Below, piece by piece: positions 23,906 to 32,746 of a DNA stretch of 55,714 nucleotides. The stretch is taken from IMG/VR virus record IMGVR_UViG_3300006169_000022, positions 1 through 55,714 of that record; one strand, 5' to 3'. The position numbers and the translations under genes are program-made. Under the pieces are notes generated by a model that was given only the letters and a program-made list of their open reading frames with translations, ran no database searches and was not told the DNA's origin. The stretch comes from a virus. Position 1 is the stretch's first letter, and every line of letters begins with the position of its first letter.

Positions 23906-24769
23906 ATGGATACACAGAAGCTGAGCTCGATCGTCTCCGATCGACGTGTGATCCTTATCGCGGCCTCTGCCAGCTCCCTCGCGGCGGGTTGTGTCTCCGG
24001 ATACTTCCTTGCCCACTCGAAGCTGCAGAAGCAGTTCGACGAGAGGCTGGAGAAGGAGATCGCGGAGACGCGGAAGTACTACAGCGAGGCCCGACTGGTG
24101 CAGGTGGAGAAGCCGTCGCCCCAGGAAGTTCTTGCTGACAGCATCATCGAGGAGGAGGGATATTCCGGCAAGGACTTTGCTCCGCCGGCTGTTACCGGGG
24201 ACACCCTCGTGTCGTCTGACGGCACGATCATGACCACCCAGGTGCAGGGAGACCCGATCAGCGAGCAGCTGATCGATGACTCTGATCCCGAAACCGCGGC
24301 GGCTCTGCAGGAAGATGTCGAAGGGCGTGTTCGTCAGAACGTGTTCGACGGCAGGGAGCCGGCTGAGGAGGAGTGGGACTACGAAGCGGAACTTCGCATC
24401 CGTGCGGAGAACCCGGACAAGCCCTATATTCTCCACCACGACGAGTACTACGAGAACGAGACCGAGTTCGAGCAGGCCACGCTCACCTACTACGAAGGCG
24501 ATGACACACTCGTCGACGAGAAGGACGTGCCTGTTCCGGACGAGGACGCAACCGTGGGTGAAGATGCCCTCACCGCGTTCGGTCACGGCTCGAAGGACAA
24601 GAACGTCGTGTTCGTCCGCAACGACAAGCTGGAGATGGACTTCGAGATCGTCCGCTCCAATGGCAAGTTCTCTGTCGAGGTTCTGGGGTTCGATGACCAG
24701 GAGGAGAGCGAGCTGCGTCACTCATATTCGCGTCCCGGCCGGAAGTTTCGGATGGGACACGATGACTGA
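23906..24769 (+). CDS. Membrane-anchored acidic protein, 287 aa
   Basis: N-terminal TM (VILIAASASSLAAGCVSGYFLA), then a Glu/Asp-rich body. Confidence 0.6.
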   Translation: MDTQKLSSIVSDRRVILIAASASSLAAGCVSGYFLAHSKLQKQFDERLEKEIAETRKYYSEARLVQVEKPSPQEVLADSIIEEEGYSGKDFAPPAVTGDTLVSSDGTIMTTQVQGDPISEQLIDDSDPETAAALQEDVEGRVRQNVFDGREPAEEEWDYEAELRIRAENPDKPYILHHDEYYENETEFEQATLTYYEGDDTLVDEKDVPVPDEDATVGEDALTAFGHGSKDKNVVFVRNDKLEMDFEIVRSNGKFSVEVLGFDDQEESELRHSYSRPGRKFRMGHDD

Positions 24770-25299
24770 TGAGCGCCCTACTTGACGAGGAGTATCTGAT
24801 TTGGCTGTATAGCCAGATCGGAGCCGTCAAGCTCAGGAATCGCTCAAAGTCGCACTGGTCCCTGGCCAGGCAGCTCTTCAAGACAGAGTTCGTCTGGTTC
24901 ATCCCGAATGACGACAACAGAGTCGAGGACGGAAGGGACCTGCGGTTTGAGTTCCTCGACGCTAGCGGGCTCGACGCAACCGAGGAGTGGCTCGCAATGG
25001 GCTGCTCCATGCTTGAGCTCTTGATCGGACTGGCGCGGCGGCTCTCCTTCGAAACTGAGGGGGAGCCCCGCGTCTGGTTCTGGCACATGATCGAGATGCT
25101 CGACCTACGACAGTACAACGACCGGGTGTATGACGCCCAGGCCGAAGAGAAGATCGAAGAGGCTCTAAACCGTGTCATATTTCGGACCTACGCACCGAAT
25201 GGGCAAGGAGGACTCTTCCCCCTCCGGCACCCAAGGACAGATCAAAGAGAGGTGGAACTCTGGTATCAGCTTAGTGCATATCTGCTGGAACTCGTGTAG
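24769..25299 (+). CDS. Hypothetical protein, 176 aa
   Basis: TGATG overlap; ORF in track. Confidence 0.6.
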   Translation: MSALLDEEYLIWLYSQIGAVKLRNRSKSHWSLARQLFKTEFVWFIPNDDNRVEDGRDLRFEFLDASGLDATEEWLAMGCSMLELLIGLARRLSFETEGEPRVWFWHMIEMLDLRQYNDRVYDAQAEEKIEEALNRVIFRTYAPNGQGGLFPLRHPRTDQREVELWYQLSAYLLELV

Positions 25300-25315
25300 C
25301 CCGAGAGGAGGGTAG

Positions 25316-28300
25316 ATGGATTTCTATCGGTTGCGTACGAAAGAGAACAAGAACGGTACGACCGAGCTATATCCCGGCTTCACAGTCGGACGATCTACCG
25401 ACCTCATGGTTCGGGGAGGCGCGTTCTACGCAGTATGGGACGAGAAGGCAGGGCTGTGGTCCACCGATGAGTACAGGGTAGCCGAGCTTGTTGACGATGA
25501 GCTCAAGGAGTACGCCGCCAAGAGCCAGGTGCCCTACATCATCAAGGACATGCTGAACTTCGAGACCGGGACGTGGTCCACGTTCCAGCGATATTTGTCG
25601 CAGGTCTCGGACAACAGCGTTCAGCTCGACCAGAACCTCACGTTTGCAAATTCGGAGGTGAAGAAGAGTGACTACGCTTCTAAGCGTCTGCCCTATTCAC
25701 TTGCTCCTGGTCCGATTGAGGCTTGGGACGAGCTGGTTGGGACCCTCTACTCGGTAGAGGAAAGGGAGAAGATCGAGTGGCTCATTGGCTCGGTTATTTC
25801 CGGAGACTCGAAGAGGATCCAGAAGTTCGGGGTCTTCTACGGTCCGCCTGGTAGTGGTAAGGGCACCATCCTCGAGATCATCGAGCGTCTGTTCGTTGGG
25901 TACACGACGTCTTTCGAGGCCAAGCAGCTGGGTAGCAACAACGCCCAGTTCGCGACGGAGGTGTTCAAGAACAATCCTCTGGTGGCTATCCAGGGCGACG
26001 GAGATCTCTCGAAGATCGAGGACAATGCACGTCTGAACTCGATCATTTCTCACGAGAACATGACCATGAACGAGAAGTTCAAGAGCAGCTACACCGCGAA
26101 GATCCACGCGCTTCTCCTCATGGGCACGAACAAGCCGGTCAAGATCTCGGACGCCAAGTCCGGAATCATCCGTCGACTGATCGATATTCACCCCACGGGT
26201 GTGCAGATTCCGATCAACCACTACAACACCCTCATGTCGCAGTGTGACTTCGAGTTGGGTGCGATTGCGTCTCACTGCCTGGATGTGTACCTGCGTCTGG
26301 GTAAGAACCACTACAACGCATACCGCCCGTTGGAGATGATGTTGCAGACTGACGTCTTCTTCAACTTCATCGAGGCATATTACGACGTCTTCAAGGAGCA
26401 GGACGGTGCGTCTCTCACACAGGCGTACATGCTGTACAAGGAATACTGCTCTGATTCGGGAATCGAATGGACGTTGCCGAAGTACAAGTTCCGAGAGGAG
26501 CTTCGCAACTACTTCGACGACTTCAAGGACCGAGCGGAGGTTGATGGTCATCTTGTACGGTCATATTACTCGGGCTTCAACGCCAACAAGTTCAAGGCGC
26601 CGAGTAAGGACGCGCCGACGTTCTCAGTCGTGGTAGACGACACGGAATCACTGCTGGATATTGAGTGGGCTGACATGCCTGCCCAGTACGCCAGCAACTG
26701 GGAGACGCCAAAGCGCAAGTGGGGCGAGGTAGAAACCACGCTCAAGGACATCGACACGGGCCAGCTACATTTCGTGAAAGTGCCCGAAGGACACATCATC
26801 ATCGACTTCGATCTCAAGGGAGACGATGGTGAGAAGTCTCTGGAACGAAACCTGCAGGCGGCAAGCAACTGGCCAGCCACCTACACGGAGCTCAGCAAGA
26901 GTGGTGCGGGTGTTCACCTGCACTATATCTATGACGGCGACACCTCACTCCTCCGGACGGATTACTCGGAGGGCATTGAGGTCAAGGTATATCCTGGGGA
27001 CTCTTCTCTCAGGCGATTGCTGTCGAAGTGCAACCACGTCCCAATCGCCACGATTTCAAGCGGGCTTCCGCTGAAGGAGAAGAAGCCGATGCACGATCAG
27101 CGTGTCATCCGGAGCGAGCAGGGCCTTCGGGCCATGATCGACCGGTGTATGCAGAAGGAGTTCCACCCAGGGACATATTCCAACGTGGACTTCATCAAGA
27201 AGCTTCTTGATGAGGCTCACGACGCCGGCTACACGTACAACGTGACCGACATGCGGAGTCAGATCCTGGCGTTCGCTCAGGGGAGTAGCAACTCCTCGAT
27301 CCGCGCACTGAAGCTGGTGCAGGAGATGAAGTTCGCGTCCAAGGACGCAGATCCACTGTTCGGAGAGGACCCCATATCTCCGGACGAGCCAACGGTTCTC
27401 GCTGTTTCGGAGCAGGAGCAGCGGTTGGTCTTCTTCGACATCGAGGTTTACCCGAACCTCTTCGTCATCTGCTGGAAGTTCCAAGGCGATGCCAACATGG
27501 TGAAGATGATCAACCCGAGCCGTCACGACATCGAGTACCTGCTCAAGATGAAGTTGGTCGGATTCAACAACCGCCGATACGACAACCATATCGTGTACGC
27601 CGCTTACTCGGGCTACACGAACGAGCAGCTCTACAAGCTGTCTCAGAGGATGATCTCGCAGAAGGACAGGAACGCGATGTTTGCGATGGCCTATGGGCTG
27701 TCGTACGCAGACATCTACGACTTCGCGGCGATCAAGCAGAGCCTCAAGCTCTGGGAGATCCAGCTCGGACTGAACCACCTCGAGATGGATATTCCTTGGG
27801 ACGAGCCTGTCCCCGAGGAGCTCTGGGACAAGGTCGTGGACTACTGCTGCAACGACGTTCTCGCAACGGAGGCTGTATTCGAGCACCTGAAGCAGGACTT
27901 CGTGGCTCGTCAGATCTTGGCGGACCTCAGTGGTCTGAGCGTGAACGACACCACCCAGAAGCACACCGCACGGATCATATTTGGTGAAGACCGGACGCCG
28001 GCGCAGAGCTTCGAGTACACCGATCTGTCTCGGGACTTCCCGGGATACGAGTTCGACCTGGGCAAGTCGCACTACCGCGGCGAGCTGGTTGGTGAGGGTG
28101 GCTACGTGGATGCCGAGCCAGGCATGTACGAGAACGTTGAGGTTTGGGATGTCGCATCGATGCACCCGACCTCGATTGTTCAGCTCAACCTGTTCGGGCC
28201 ATATACGCCGAACTTCAAGGCGCTGCTGGACGCGCGAATCGCCATCAAACACAAGGACTACGACGCAGCTCGCAAGATGCTGGGTGGGAAGCTGGCGCCT

Positions 28301-29101
28301 CACCTTGGGAACGTGGCCGATGCGGACGCGCTCTCCTATGCTCTGAAGATCGTGATCAACATCGTATACGGTCTGACGAGTGCAAAGTTCGACAACCCGT
28401 TCCGTGACCTGAGGAACAAGGACAACATCGTCGCCAAGCGCGGTGCTCTGTTCATGATCGATCTCAAGAACTTCGTGGCTGACATGGGGTTCAAGGCGAT
28501 CCACATCAAGACCGATTCGATCAAGATCTCGAATCCGACCGACGAACTCAGAGAAGCCGTCTTTGAGTTCGGACGCAAGTGGGGCTACGACTTCGAGCAC
28601 GAGGCTACCTACGACAGGTTCTGCCTTGTGAACGACGCCGTCTATATTGCCCACGTCGGCTGGGCCGAGAAGGAGAAGAAGATCGGTACGTGGGAGGCAG
28701 TGGGTGCGCAGTTCCAGCACCCGTTCGTCTACAAGTCGCTGTTCACGGGAGAGCCCGTGGTGTTCGAGGACCTGTGCGAGACCAAGCAGGTTCAGAAGGG
28801 CGCCATGTACCTGGACTTCGAGCACGACACTCCGATGGTCACGGCCAAGGAGGGTCTGAAGTTCGTGGGTCGTACTGGACGTTTCGTTCCTGTCAAGGAG
28901 GGGAACAACGGTGCGATGCTCTACAGGATCGATGACGACGGCAAGACACACGCCGTTCAAGGCACGAAGGGATATCTCTGGCAGGAGGCCTCGATGGTCG
29001 GCCCAGAGGTTGAGATCGACATGTCGTACTTCGAGGCTCTGGCCGACAAGGCGGCAAACACGATCTGGAAGTTCGGGGACTTCGACAAGTTCCACGTTTA
29101 A
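25316..29101 (+). CDS. Replicase fusion: D5/P4-type SF3 helicase NTPase + AEP primase-polymerase + family-B DNA polymerase, 1261 aa
   Basis: Walker A GPPGSGKGT (aa 176-). AEP IIIDFDLKGDDG (D497/D499) and SGAGVHLHY. PolB ExoI FFDIEVYPN (D708/E710), motif A DVASMHPTS (aa 945-), motif B KIVINIVYG, motif C IKTDS (D1067). Confidence 0.85.
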   Translation: MDFYRLRTKENKNGTTELYPGFTVGRSTDLMVRGGAFYAVWDEKAGLWSTDEYRVAELVDDELKEYAAKSQVPYIIKDMLNFETGTWSTFQRYLSQVSDNSVQLDQNLTFANSEVKKSDYASKRLPYSLAPGPIEAWDELVGTLYSVEEREKIEWLIGSVISGDSKRIQKFGVFYGPPGSGKGTILEIIERLFVGYTTSFEAKQLGSNNAQFATEVFKNNPLVAIQGDGDLSKIEDNARLNSIISHENMTMNEKFKSSYTAKIHALLLMGTNKPVKISDAKSGIIRRLIDIHPTGVQIPINHYNTLMSQCDFELGAIASHCLDVYLRLGKNHYNAYRPLEMMLQTDVFFNFIEAYYDVFKEQDGASLTQAYMLYKEYCSDSGIEWTLPKYKFREELRNYFDDFKDRAEVDGHLVRSYYSGFNANKFKAPSKDAPTFSVVVDDTESLLDIEWADMPAQYASNWETPKRKWGEVETTLKDIDTGQLHFVKVPEGHIIIDFDLKGDDGEKSLERNLQAASNWPATYTELSKSGAGVHLHYIYDGDTSLLRTDYSEGIEVKVYPGDSSLRRLLSKCNHVPIATISSGLPLKEKKPMHDQRVIRSEQGLRAMIDRCMQKEFHPGTYSNVDFIKKLLDEAHDAGYTYNVTDMRSQILAFAQGSSNSSIRALKLVQEMKFASKDADPLFGEDPISPDEPTVLAVSEQEQRLVFFDIEVYPNLFVICWKFQGDANMVKMINPSRHDIEYLLKMKLVGFNNRRYDNHIVYAAYSGYTNEQLYKLSQRMISQKDRNAMFAMAYGLSYADIYDFAAIKQSLKLWEIQLGLNHLEMDIPWDEPVPEELWDKVVDYCCNDVLATEAVFEHLKQDFVARQILADLSGLSVNDTTQKHTARIIFGEDRTPAQSFEYTDLSRDFPGYEFDLGKSHYRGELVGEGGYVDAEPGMYENVEVWDVASMHPTSIVQLNLFGPYTPNFKALLDARIAIKHKDYDAARKMLGGKLAPHLGNVADADALSYALKIVINIVYGLTSAKFDNPFRDLRNKDNIVAKRGALFMIDLKNFVADMGFKAIHIKTDSIKISNPTDELREAVFEFGRKWGYDFEHEATYDRFCLVNDAVYIAHVGWAEKEKKIGTWEAVGAQFQHPFVYKSLFTGEPVVFEDLCETKQVQKGAMYLDFEHDTPMVTAKEGLKFVGRTGRFVPVKEGNNGAMLYRIDDDGKTHAVQGTKGYLWQEASMVGPEVEIDMSYFEALADKAANTIWKFGDFDKFHV

Positions 29102-29107
29102 CCCACT

Positions 29108-29139
29108 GGAGAGGGCCTTCGGGCCCTCTCCCTATATTT
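29108..29139 (+). terminator. Intrinsic terminator after the replicase gene
   Basis: Perfect 10-bp stem ggagagggcc-ttcg-ggccctctcc, then ctatatttc. Confidence 0.7.
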
Positions 29140-29151
29140 CTAGGAGTCATC

Positions 29152-29301
29152 ATGGCTGACGGAACACTGTGGTTGCAGGTCAAGGCCTTCTATGAGGGTC
29201 GCACGAAGGAAGGCTGTCGGACGTTCGATCCGGCAGGGAATCGAATCGGTTGCTGCTGCGAGCACTCAGGCTGCTGCGGGACCACGGAGGAGGAAAAGTG
29301 A
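29152..29301 (+). CDS. Cys-rich small protein, 49 aa
   Basis: Not in the track. TAGGAG RBS 5 nt upstream. MADGTLWLQVKAFYEGRTKEGCRTFDPAGNRIGCCCEHSGCCGTTEEEK. Its stop overlaps the next GTG. Confidence 0.4.
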   Translation: MADGTLWLQVKAFYEGRTKEGCRTFDPAGNRIGCCCEHSGCCGTTEEEK

Positions 29302-29408
29302 AGAAACAGTACGGTCTGGGGAGCTTCCTTCTGGATGTCATCCTCGTGACCCTCACCGGAGGTCTCTGGCTGATCTGGATTTTCGTCCGAGAGATGAGGT
29401 CCCGATGA
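29298..29408 (+). CDS. Tiny membrane protein, 36 aa, GTG start
   Basis: Not in the track. GSFLLDVILVTLTGGLWLIWIFV TM segment; GTGA and ATGA overlaps on both sides. Confidence 0.4.
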   Translation: MKKQYGLGSFLLDVILVTLTGGLWLIWIFVREMRSR

Positions 29409-29527
29409 TCAGTCCCAGGCGCTGGCTGGAGGGGACTTTCGCAGGTTGGGAGTTCAAGCTCCGGCGCAACGGTCATCTACGCCTCGCGAACCTTCTGGGT
29501 TGGCGAGCACGGAGAGGGGTGAAGTGA
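29405..29527 (+). CDS. Small basic protein, 40 aa
   Basis: ATGA overlap upstream and TGATG overlap downstream; C-terminal part of track ORF 29192..29527. Confidence 0.35.
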   Translation: MISPRRWLEGTFAGWEFKLRRNGHLRLANLLGWRARRGVK

Positions 29528-29820
29528 TGCAGTCAATGCCTACTCGGCACGCTCAGCCATATCGCCACAAGGTCCGACCGATCGAGATCGAAGCTGCGCT
29601 CCTCACGGAGGACAACGCATCCGAGGTCTCGAACTGGGCCGGAGGTGCTCAGGTCGTGGAGGAGAGTAACGCTCTCACCCACGCCAAGCAGGAGGGTCTG
29701 AATGTGATGACGCCTTCCGGCAAGAAGCGCGCAAGCGTTGGCATGTACGTCATCAAGTTCGAAGACAACTTCTACGTCTCCCAACCGGGAGCATTTGCGG
29801 CATCATATCTGCCGCTCTGA
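29527..29820 (+). CDS. Hypothetical protein, 97 aa
   Basis: Overlapping start; C-terminal part of track ORF 29446..29820. Confidence 0.55.
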   Translation: MQSMPTRHAQPYRHKVRPIEIEAALLTEDNASEVSNWAGGAQVVEESNALTHAKQEGLNVMTPSGKKRASVGMYVIKFEDNFYVSQPGAFAASYLPL

Positions 29821-29830
29821 AGGAGAGAGC

Positions 29831-30211
29831 ATGCTGCTCGATGCATTCGGGGAGAAAGTGTGGGTGCCCGAAGAGGACACTCCATGTCTGAGCTACCCCG
29901 ACGCGTGGGCCGACCGAACGGTCTACGGAGACAGGAGAACACGGGAAGTGGTGAAGGCGCAGTGTCAGAACGACTGCTACTTCGTCAACCAGTGTCTCAC
30001 AGCAATTCTGATCGCAGAGCGGGGATATTCCCGAGTGGAGCGCCGAGACAACGGCATCCGCGGAGGACTCACCCCCGACGAGCGATACGAGCTGGTCAAG
30101 TCCCATTCAAAGTCCAAGAAGATCAAGGAGAACCAAGATGGCAACGAAGAAGGCGAAGCGAGCAGCAGCACTGGCGAAGCGCGAGGCGTTCATGGAGGAG
30201 AGGCGGCTTAG
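29831..30211 (+). CDS. WhiB-like Fe-S transcription factor, 126 aa
   Basis: AGGAGAG RBS. C-x(24)-C-x3-C-x5-C pattern (PCLSYPDAW...AQCQNDCYFVNQC) followed by GIRGGLTPDER, the WhiB G(V/I)WGG-turn equivalent. Confidence 0.65.
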   Translation: MLLDAFGEKVWVPEEDTPCLSYPDAWADRTVYGDRRTREVVKAQCQNDCYFVNQCLTAILIAERGYSRVERRDNGIRGGLTPDERYELVKSHSKSKKIKENQDGNEEGEASSSTGEARGVHGGEAA

Positions 30212-30434
30212 CGGCCTGGCCGCACAGCGTGCCGATCAGCAAAACCGGGCGTCCAAGCTCCGTCAGAGCTGGCAGAAGCAGCACGACCAGAAGCACTCCT
30301 GGAAGAAGCGGATCAAGGAGTGCCCGCTCTGTCAGGACGAGCTGCGCAACATCAAGGCAGACCAGAAGCGCCTGGAGGAGGCAACTGCGGCCGACCTCGA
30401 GGACGGCGCCAGCCTGGAGATGGAGTGCATCTGA
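30138..30434 (+). CDS. Hypothetical basic coiled-coil protein with CPLC motif, 98 aa
   Basis: ATG lies 8 nt after AAGGAG; overlaps the WhiB-like gene tail by 74 nt. Confidence 0.55.
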   Translation: MATKKAKRAAALAKREAFMEERRLSGLAAQRADQQNRASKLRQSWQKQHDQKHSWKKRIKECPLCQDELRNIKADQKRLEEATAADLEDGASLEMECI

Positions 30435-30592
30435 TGGCAGAGCGAAAGCTGAAGCTGGTCAAGCACTCCATTTTCTACACCAACACCGTGGGGGATCTTG
30501 ACTTCTACAGTCACGACGAGCCCTGCGACTGCGCCATTGGTGAGAACCACTGGGCAGACGACTCACGCCTGGAGGCATTCAGTGTCCGTTGA
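30434..30592 (+). CDS. Hypothetical protein, 52 aa
   Basis: TGATG overlap; C-terminal part of track ORF 30320..30592. Confidence 0.4.
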   Translation: MAERKLKLVKHSIFYTNTVGDLDFYSHDEPCDCAIGENHWADDSRLEAFSVR

Positions 30593-30722
30593 ACAACTCA
30601 GCGAGAAGCTCCCCCCGACCTACGAGTCGGAGGAGCAGATTCGTAAGGACGCTCCGGCGGCCTTGCGGGTTCTCAAGCAGAAGGGTGCTGAGGACCTGGC
30701 CGAGATGTTGGGTGTCAGCTGA
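30582..30722 (+). CDS. Hypothetical protein, 46 aa, GTG start
   Basis: GTG lies 6 nt after GGAGG; fills the gap up to the ATG at 30722. Confidence 0.35.
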   Translation: MSVEQLSEKLPPTYESEEQIRKDAPAALRVLKQKGAEDLAEMLGVS

Positions 30723-30964
30723 TGCCGAAGTCGAAGGTCACCAAGCGAGCCAAGGCGAAGAAGAACGCCCGCCGCAAGCAGAAGGAGTCGCGGGTCAGGG
30801 TTCAGGACCTCGCCGACATGATCAACATCCTCGAGAAGTACGAGGATGACGTATTCGAGCCTCTGCTCGAGACCGAGGACGGTCTATATCTGACGCCCGC
30901 TCAGGCGGCGTTGGTCGAGGAGCTGAAGGCCAAGGAAGCAAAGGAGAACAAGGATGGCGGGTAA
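30722..30964 (+). CDS. Hypothetical Lys-rich/acidic protein, 80 aa
   Basis: TGATG overlap; ORF in track. Confidence 0.55.
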   Translation: MPKSKVTKRAKAKKNARRKQKESRVRVQDLADMINILEKYEDDVFEPLLETEDGLYLTPAQAALVEELKAKEAKENKDGG

Positions 30965-31577
30965 GGAGATCGAGCGGCCGTACGGTCCAGGATTCCTCAA
31001 GCTCGAGGACGAGAACAACCAGCTGCTGGTGGAGGACGCGAAGATCGTCTTCCGCAACTTCGCCGGCAAGGAGGGTCAGTACAACAGGGAGGGTGACCGC
31101 AACTTCTGCATCATTCTCCCGCCCGACATCGCGGAGATGATGCTCGCGGATCAGTGGAACGTGAAGAAGCTGAAGGACCGTCCCGACGGAACCCCCGGCG
31201 ACTTCTACATCCAGGTCTCCGTCGGCTTCAAGGGCCGGCCGCCCAACCTGTTCCTCATTTCCTCCAAGGGCCGCACCCGACTGGGTCAGCACGAGGTGGA
31301 GATTCTGGACTGGGTCGACATCGCCAAGGCAGACGTCCTCATCAACCCATATCGCTGGGTGATGCGGGAGGGCACCTCGCAGGAGATGCGCGGGGTGAAG
31401 GCCTACGTCAAGTCTCTCGCTGTCACGCTCAGCGAGGACTACCTGGAGCGCAAGTACCAGGACGTGCCGGAGGCGGCGCAGGACGGTCCGCTGGAGATCG
31501 AGCAGGGCAACCAGGAGGCTGCTGTCGAGTACGACGAGGACGGCAACGAGGTCTTCGTCGGCGAGCTGGTGGACTAA
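30954..31577 (+). CDS. ssDNA-binding/annealing protein, T7 gp2.5-like (putative), 207 aa
   Basis: The ...DVLINPYRWVMREG...GVKAYVKSLAVTL block resembles the gp2.5 LVPYKW...G.SVKLQL core; acidic C-terminal tail EYDEDGNEVFVGELVD. Confidence 0.45.
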   Translation: MAGKEIERPYGPGFLKLEDENNQLLVEDAKIVFRNFAGKEGQYNREGDRNFCIILPPDIAEMMLADQWNVKKLKDRPDGTPGDFYIQVSVGFKGRPPNLFLISSKGRTRLGQHEVEILDWVDIAKADVLINPYRWVMREGTSQEMRGVKAYVKSLAVTLSEDYLERKYQDVPEAAQDGPLEIEQGNQEAAVEYDEDGNEVFVGELVD

Positions 31578-31771
31578 TGGCCCAGGTCAGATCCGTCCGT
31601 CTGAAGGTGGAGGTCGACAAGGAGAAGCTGCACGAGCTGGAGCTCGCTGAGGACCATTTCCGTGAGGCGGCCGCAGAGATGCGGAAGGCCACGGACGAGG
31701 TTCTGACCGCGATGAAGGCTCTTCAGGACTCCCTCAATGTCCGCCAGGTCCGCGAGGACGCGGAAGAGTGA
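31577..31771 (+). CDS. Hypothetical coiled-coil protein, 64 aa
   Basis: TAATG overlap. Confidence 0.5.
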   Translation: MAQVRSVRLKVEVDKEKLHELELAEDHFREAAAEMRKATDEVLTAMKALQDSLNVRQVREDAEE

Positions 31772-32136
31772 ACGACCAGTATTGGGGCTGGCTACTCTCC
31801 TTCGTGGGGGTAGCCGGCTTCCTGCTGGCCGGTAGGGTTATTTGGTGGGCGTGGTACGTCAACATCGCCTGCCAGGTGCTCTGGTTCACCTACGCCATCG
31901 TTACCCATCAGTTCGGGTTCTTCGTAGGCGCCATTTTCTACAGCTGTGTGTTCTGCTGGAACGCATACAAGTGGACGAAGGCGCACTTCAAGGGACTCGA
32001 TCCTGCTCGTAGCAACCGCTACTACATGTCCAACCACATCCCTCGCGGGGAGTTCGTCCAGGGCGATATCTGGATCAATCCCCAAAACAACAACCGGGTT
32101 CGCCAGTGGACTGGCGAGTCCTGGGTCGACGTCTGA
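31768..32136 (+). CDS. Membrane protein (3 TM) with soluble C-terminal domain, 122 aa, GTG start
   Basis: GTGA overlap; Trp-rich hydrophobic N-terminal half. Confidence 0.55.
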   Translation: MNDQYWGWLLSFVGVAGFLLAGRVIWWAWYVNIACQVLWFTYAIVTHQFGFFVGAIFYSCVFCWNAYKWTKAHFKGLDPARSNRYYMSNHIPRGEFVQGDIWINPQNNNRVRQWTGESWVDV

Positions 32137-32160
32137 CCCTCATCATCAGAAAGAGAGAAC

Positions 32161-32550
32161 ATGACCCTCCAGACCGAAAAGTACGCCCGCAAGCCCTTCT
32201 ACGTGGACGCCGTCCAGGTGACCGAGGGGAACATGCAGGACGTCGCCAAGTGGTGTCAGGGGTCCGTGCAGAGTACGGACGCTGGCGAGAACTTCATCAA
32301 GGTGCGCGTCCACCGTCCGCTCAACGAGCGTCAGACCAAGGCCTTCGTCAACGACTGGATCTTGTTCGCCGGCACCGGCTACAAGGTGTACACCCCCAAG
32401 GCGTTCAACCAGTCCTTCGAGCCGGCCGCTGAGTACAAGACCGAGACCGGAATCAAGGAGCTCGACGAGCCGGAGTCGTCCGCGGACATCAGTGCCGCGC
32501 AGGCTGCCTGGGCTGCCGGCGTCGGACTCGACCCGCGTCAGGAGCGGTAA
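32161..32550 (+). CDS. Hypothetical protein, 129 aa
   Basis: ORF in track; last gene before a 250-nt regulatory gap. Confidence 0.55.
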   Translation: MTLQTEKYARKPFYVDAVQVTEGNMQDVAKWCQGSVQSTDAGENFIKVRVHRPLNERQTKAFVNDWILFAGTGYKVYTPKAFNQSFEPAAEYKTETGIKELDEPESSADISAAQAAWAAGVGLDPRQER

Positions 32551-32607
32551 CGACTGCATGACGGATTAGTAACGACTATAGTCGGAGCTATTTGACGCCA
32601 ACGTCAA
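32547..32607. repeat. Cluster of short repeats/palindromes in an intergenic region
   Basis: Direct repeat gtaacgact at 32547 and 32569. A 12-bp palindrome cgactatagtcg (32573-84). Inverted repeat ttgacg-ccaa-cgtcaa (32592-607). Confidence 0.6.
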
Positions 32608-32624
32608 GTCGATCCCTGAAGGTT

Positions 32625-32652
32625 AGAGACAGGCTAATTTTAGTCTGTCTCT
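32625..32652 (+). terminator. Intrinsic terminator
   Basis: agagacaggcta-attt-tagtctgtctct (about 12-bp stem) followed by ttcctt. Confidence 0.65.
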
Positions 32653-32698
32653 TTCCTTGAGGGCCTATGAGCCCCTTAGTGGAAAGGAGGTGAGAACA

Positions 32699-32746
32699 AT
32701 GCAACCGGCGCTAAAGACGCCATTCGGGGGAACATGGATCATCTAA
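32699..32746 (+). CDS. Tiny ORF (15 aa, MQPALKTPFGGTWII) behind a near-perfect SD; possible leader peptide
   Basis: AAGGAGGTGA (32684-93) lies 5 nt before the ATG, the best SD match I saw in the window. The coding status of so short an ORF is uncertain. Confidence 0.25.
   Translation: MQPALKTPFGGTWII

Noticed and set aside
32569-32584. Resemblance of gtaacgactatagtcgg (and of TAATGAGACC..ACTACGAAAGGA) to the T7 class promoter TAATACGACTCACTATAGGGAGA.
   Set aside because: No T7-like single-subunit (Pol I-fold) RNAP gene is present. The match needs gaps and is short enough to be chance.
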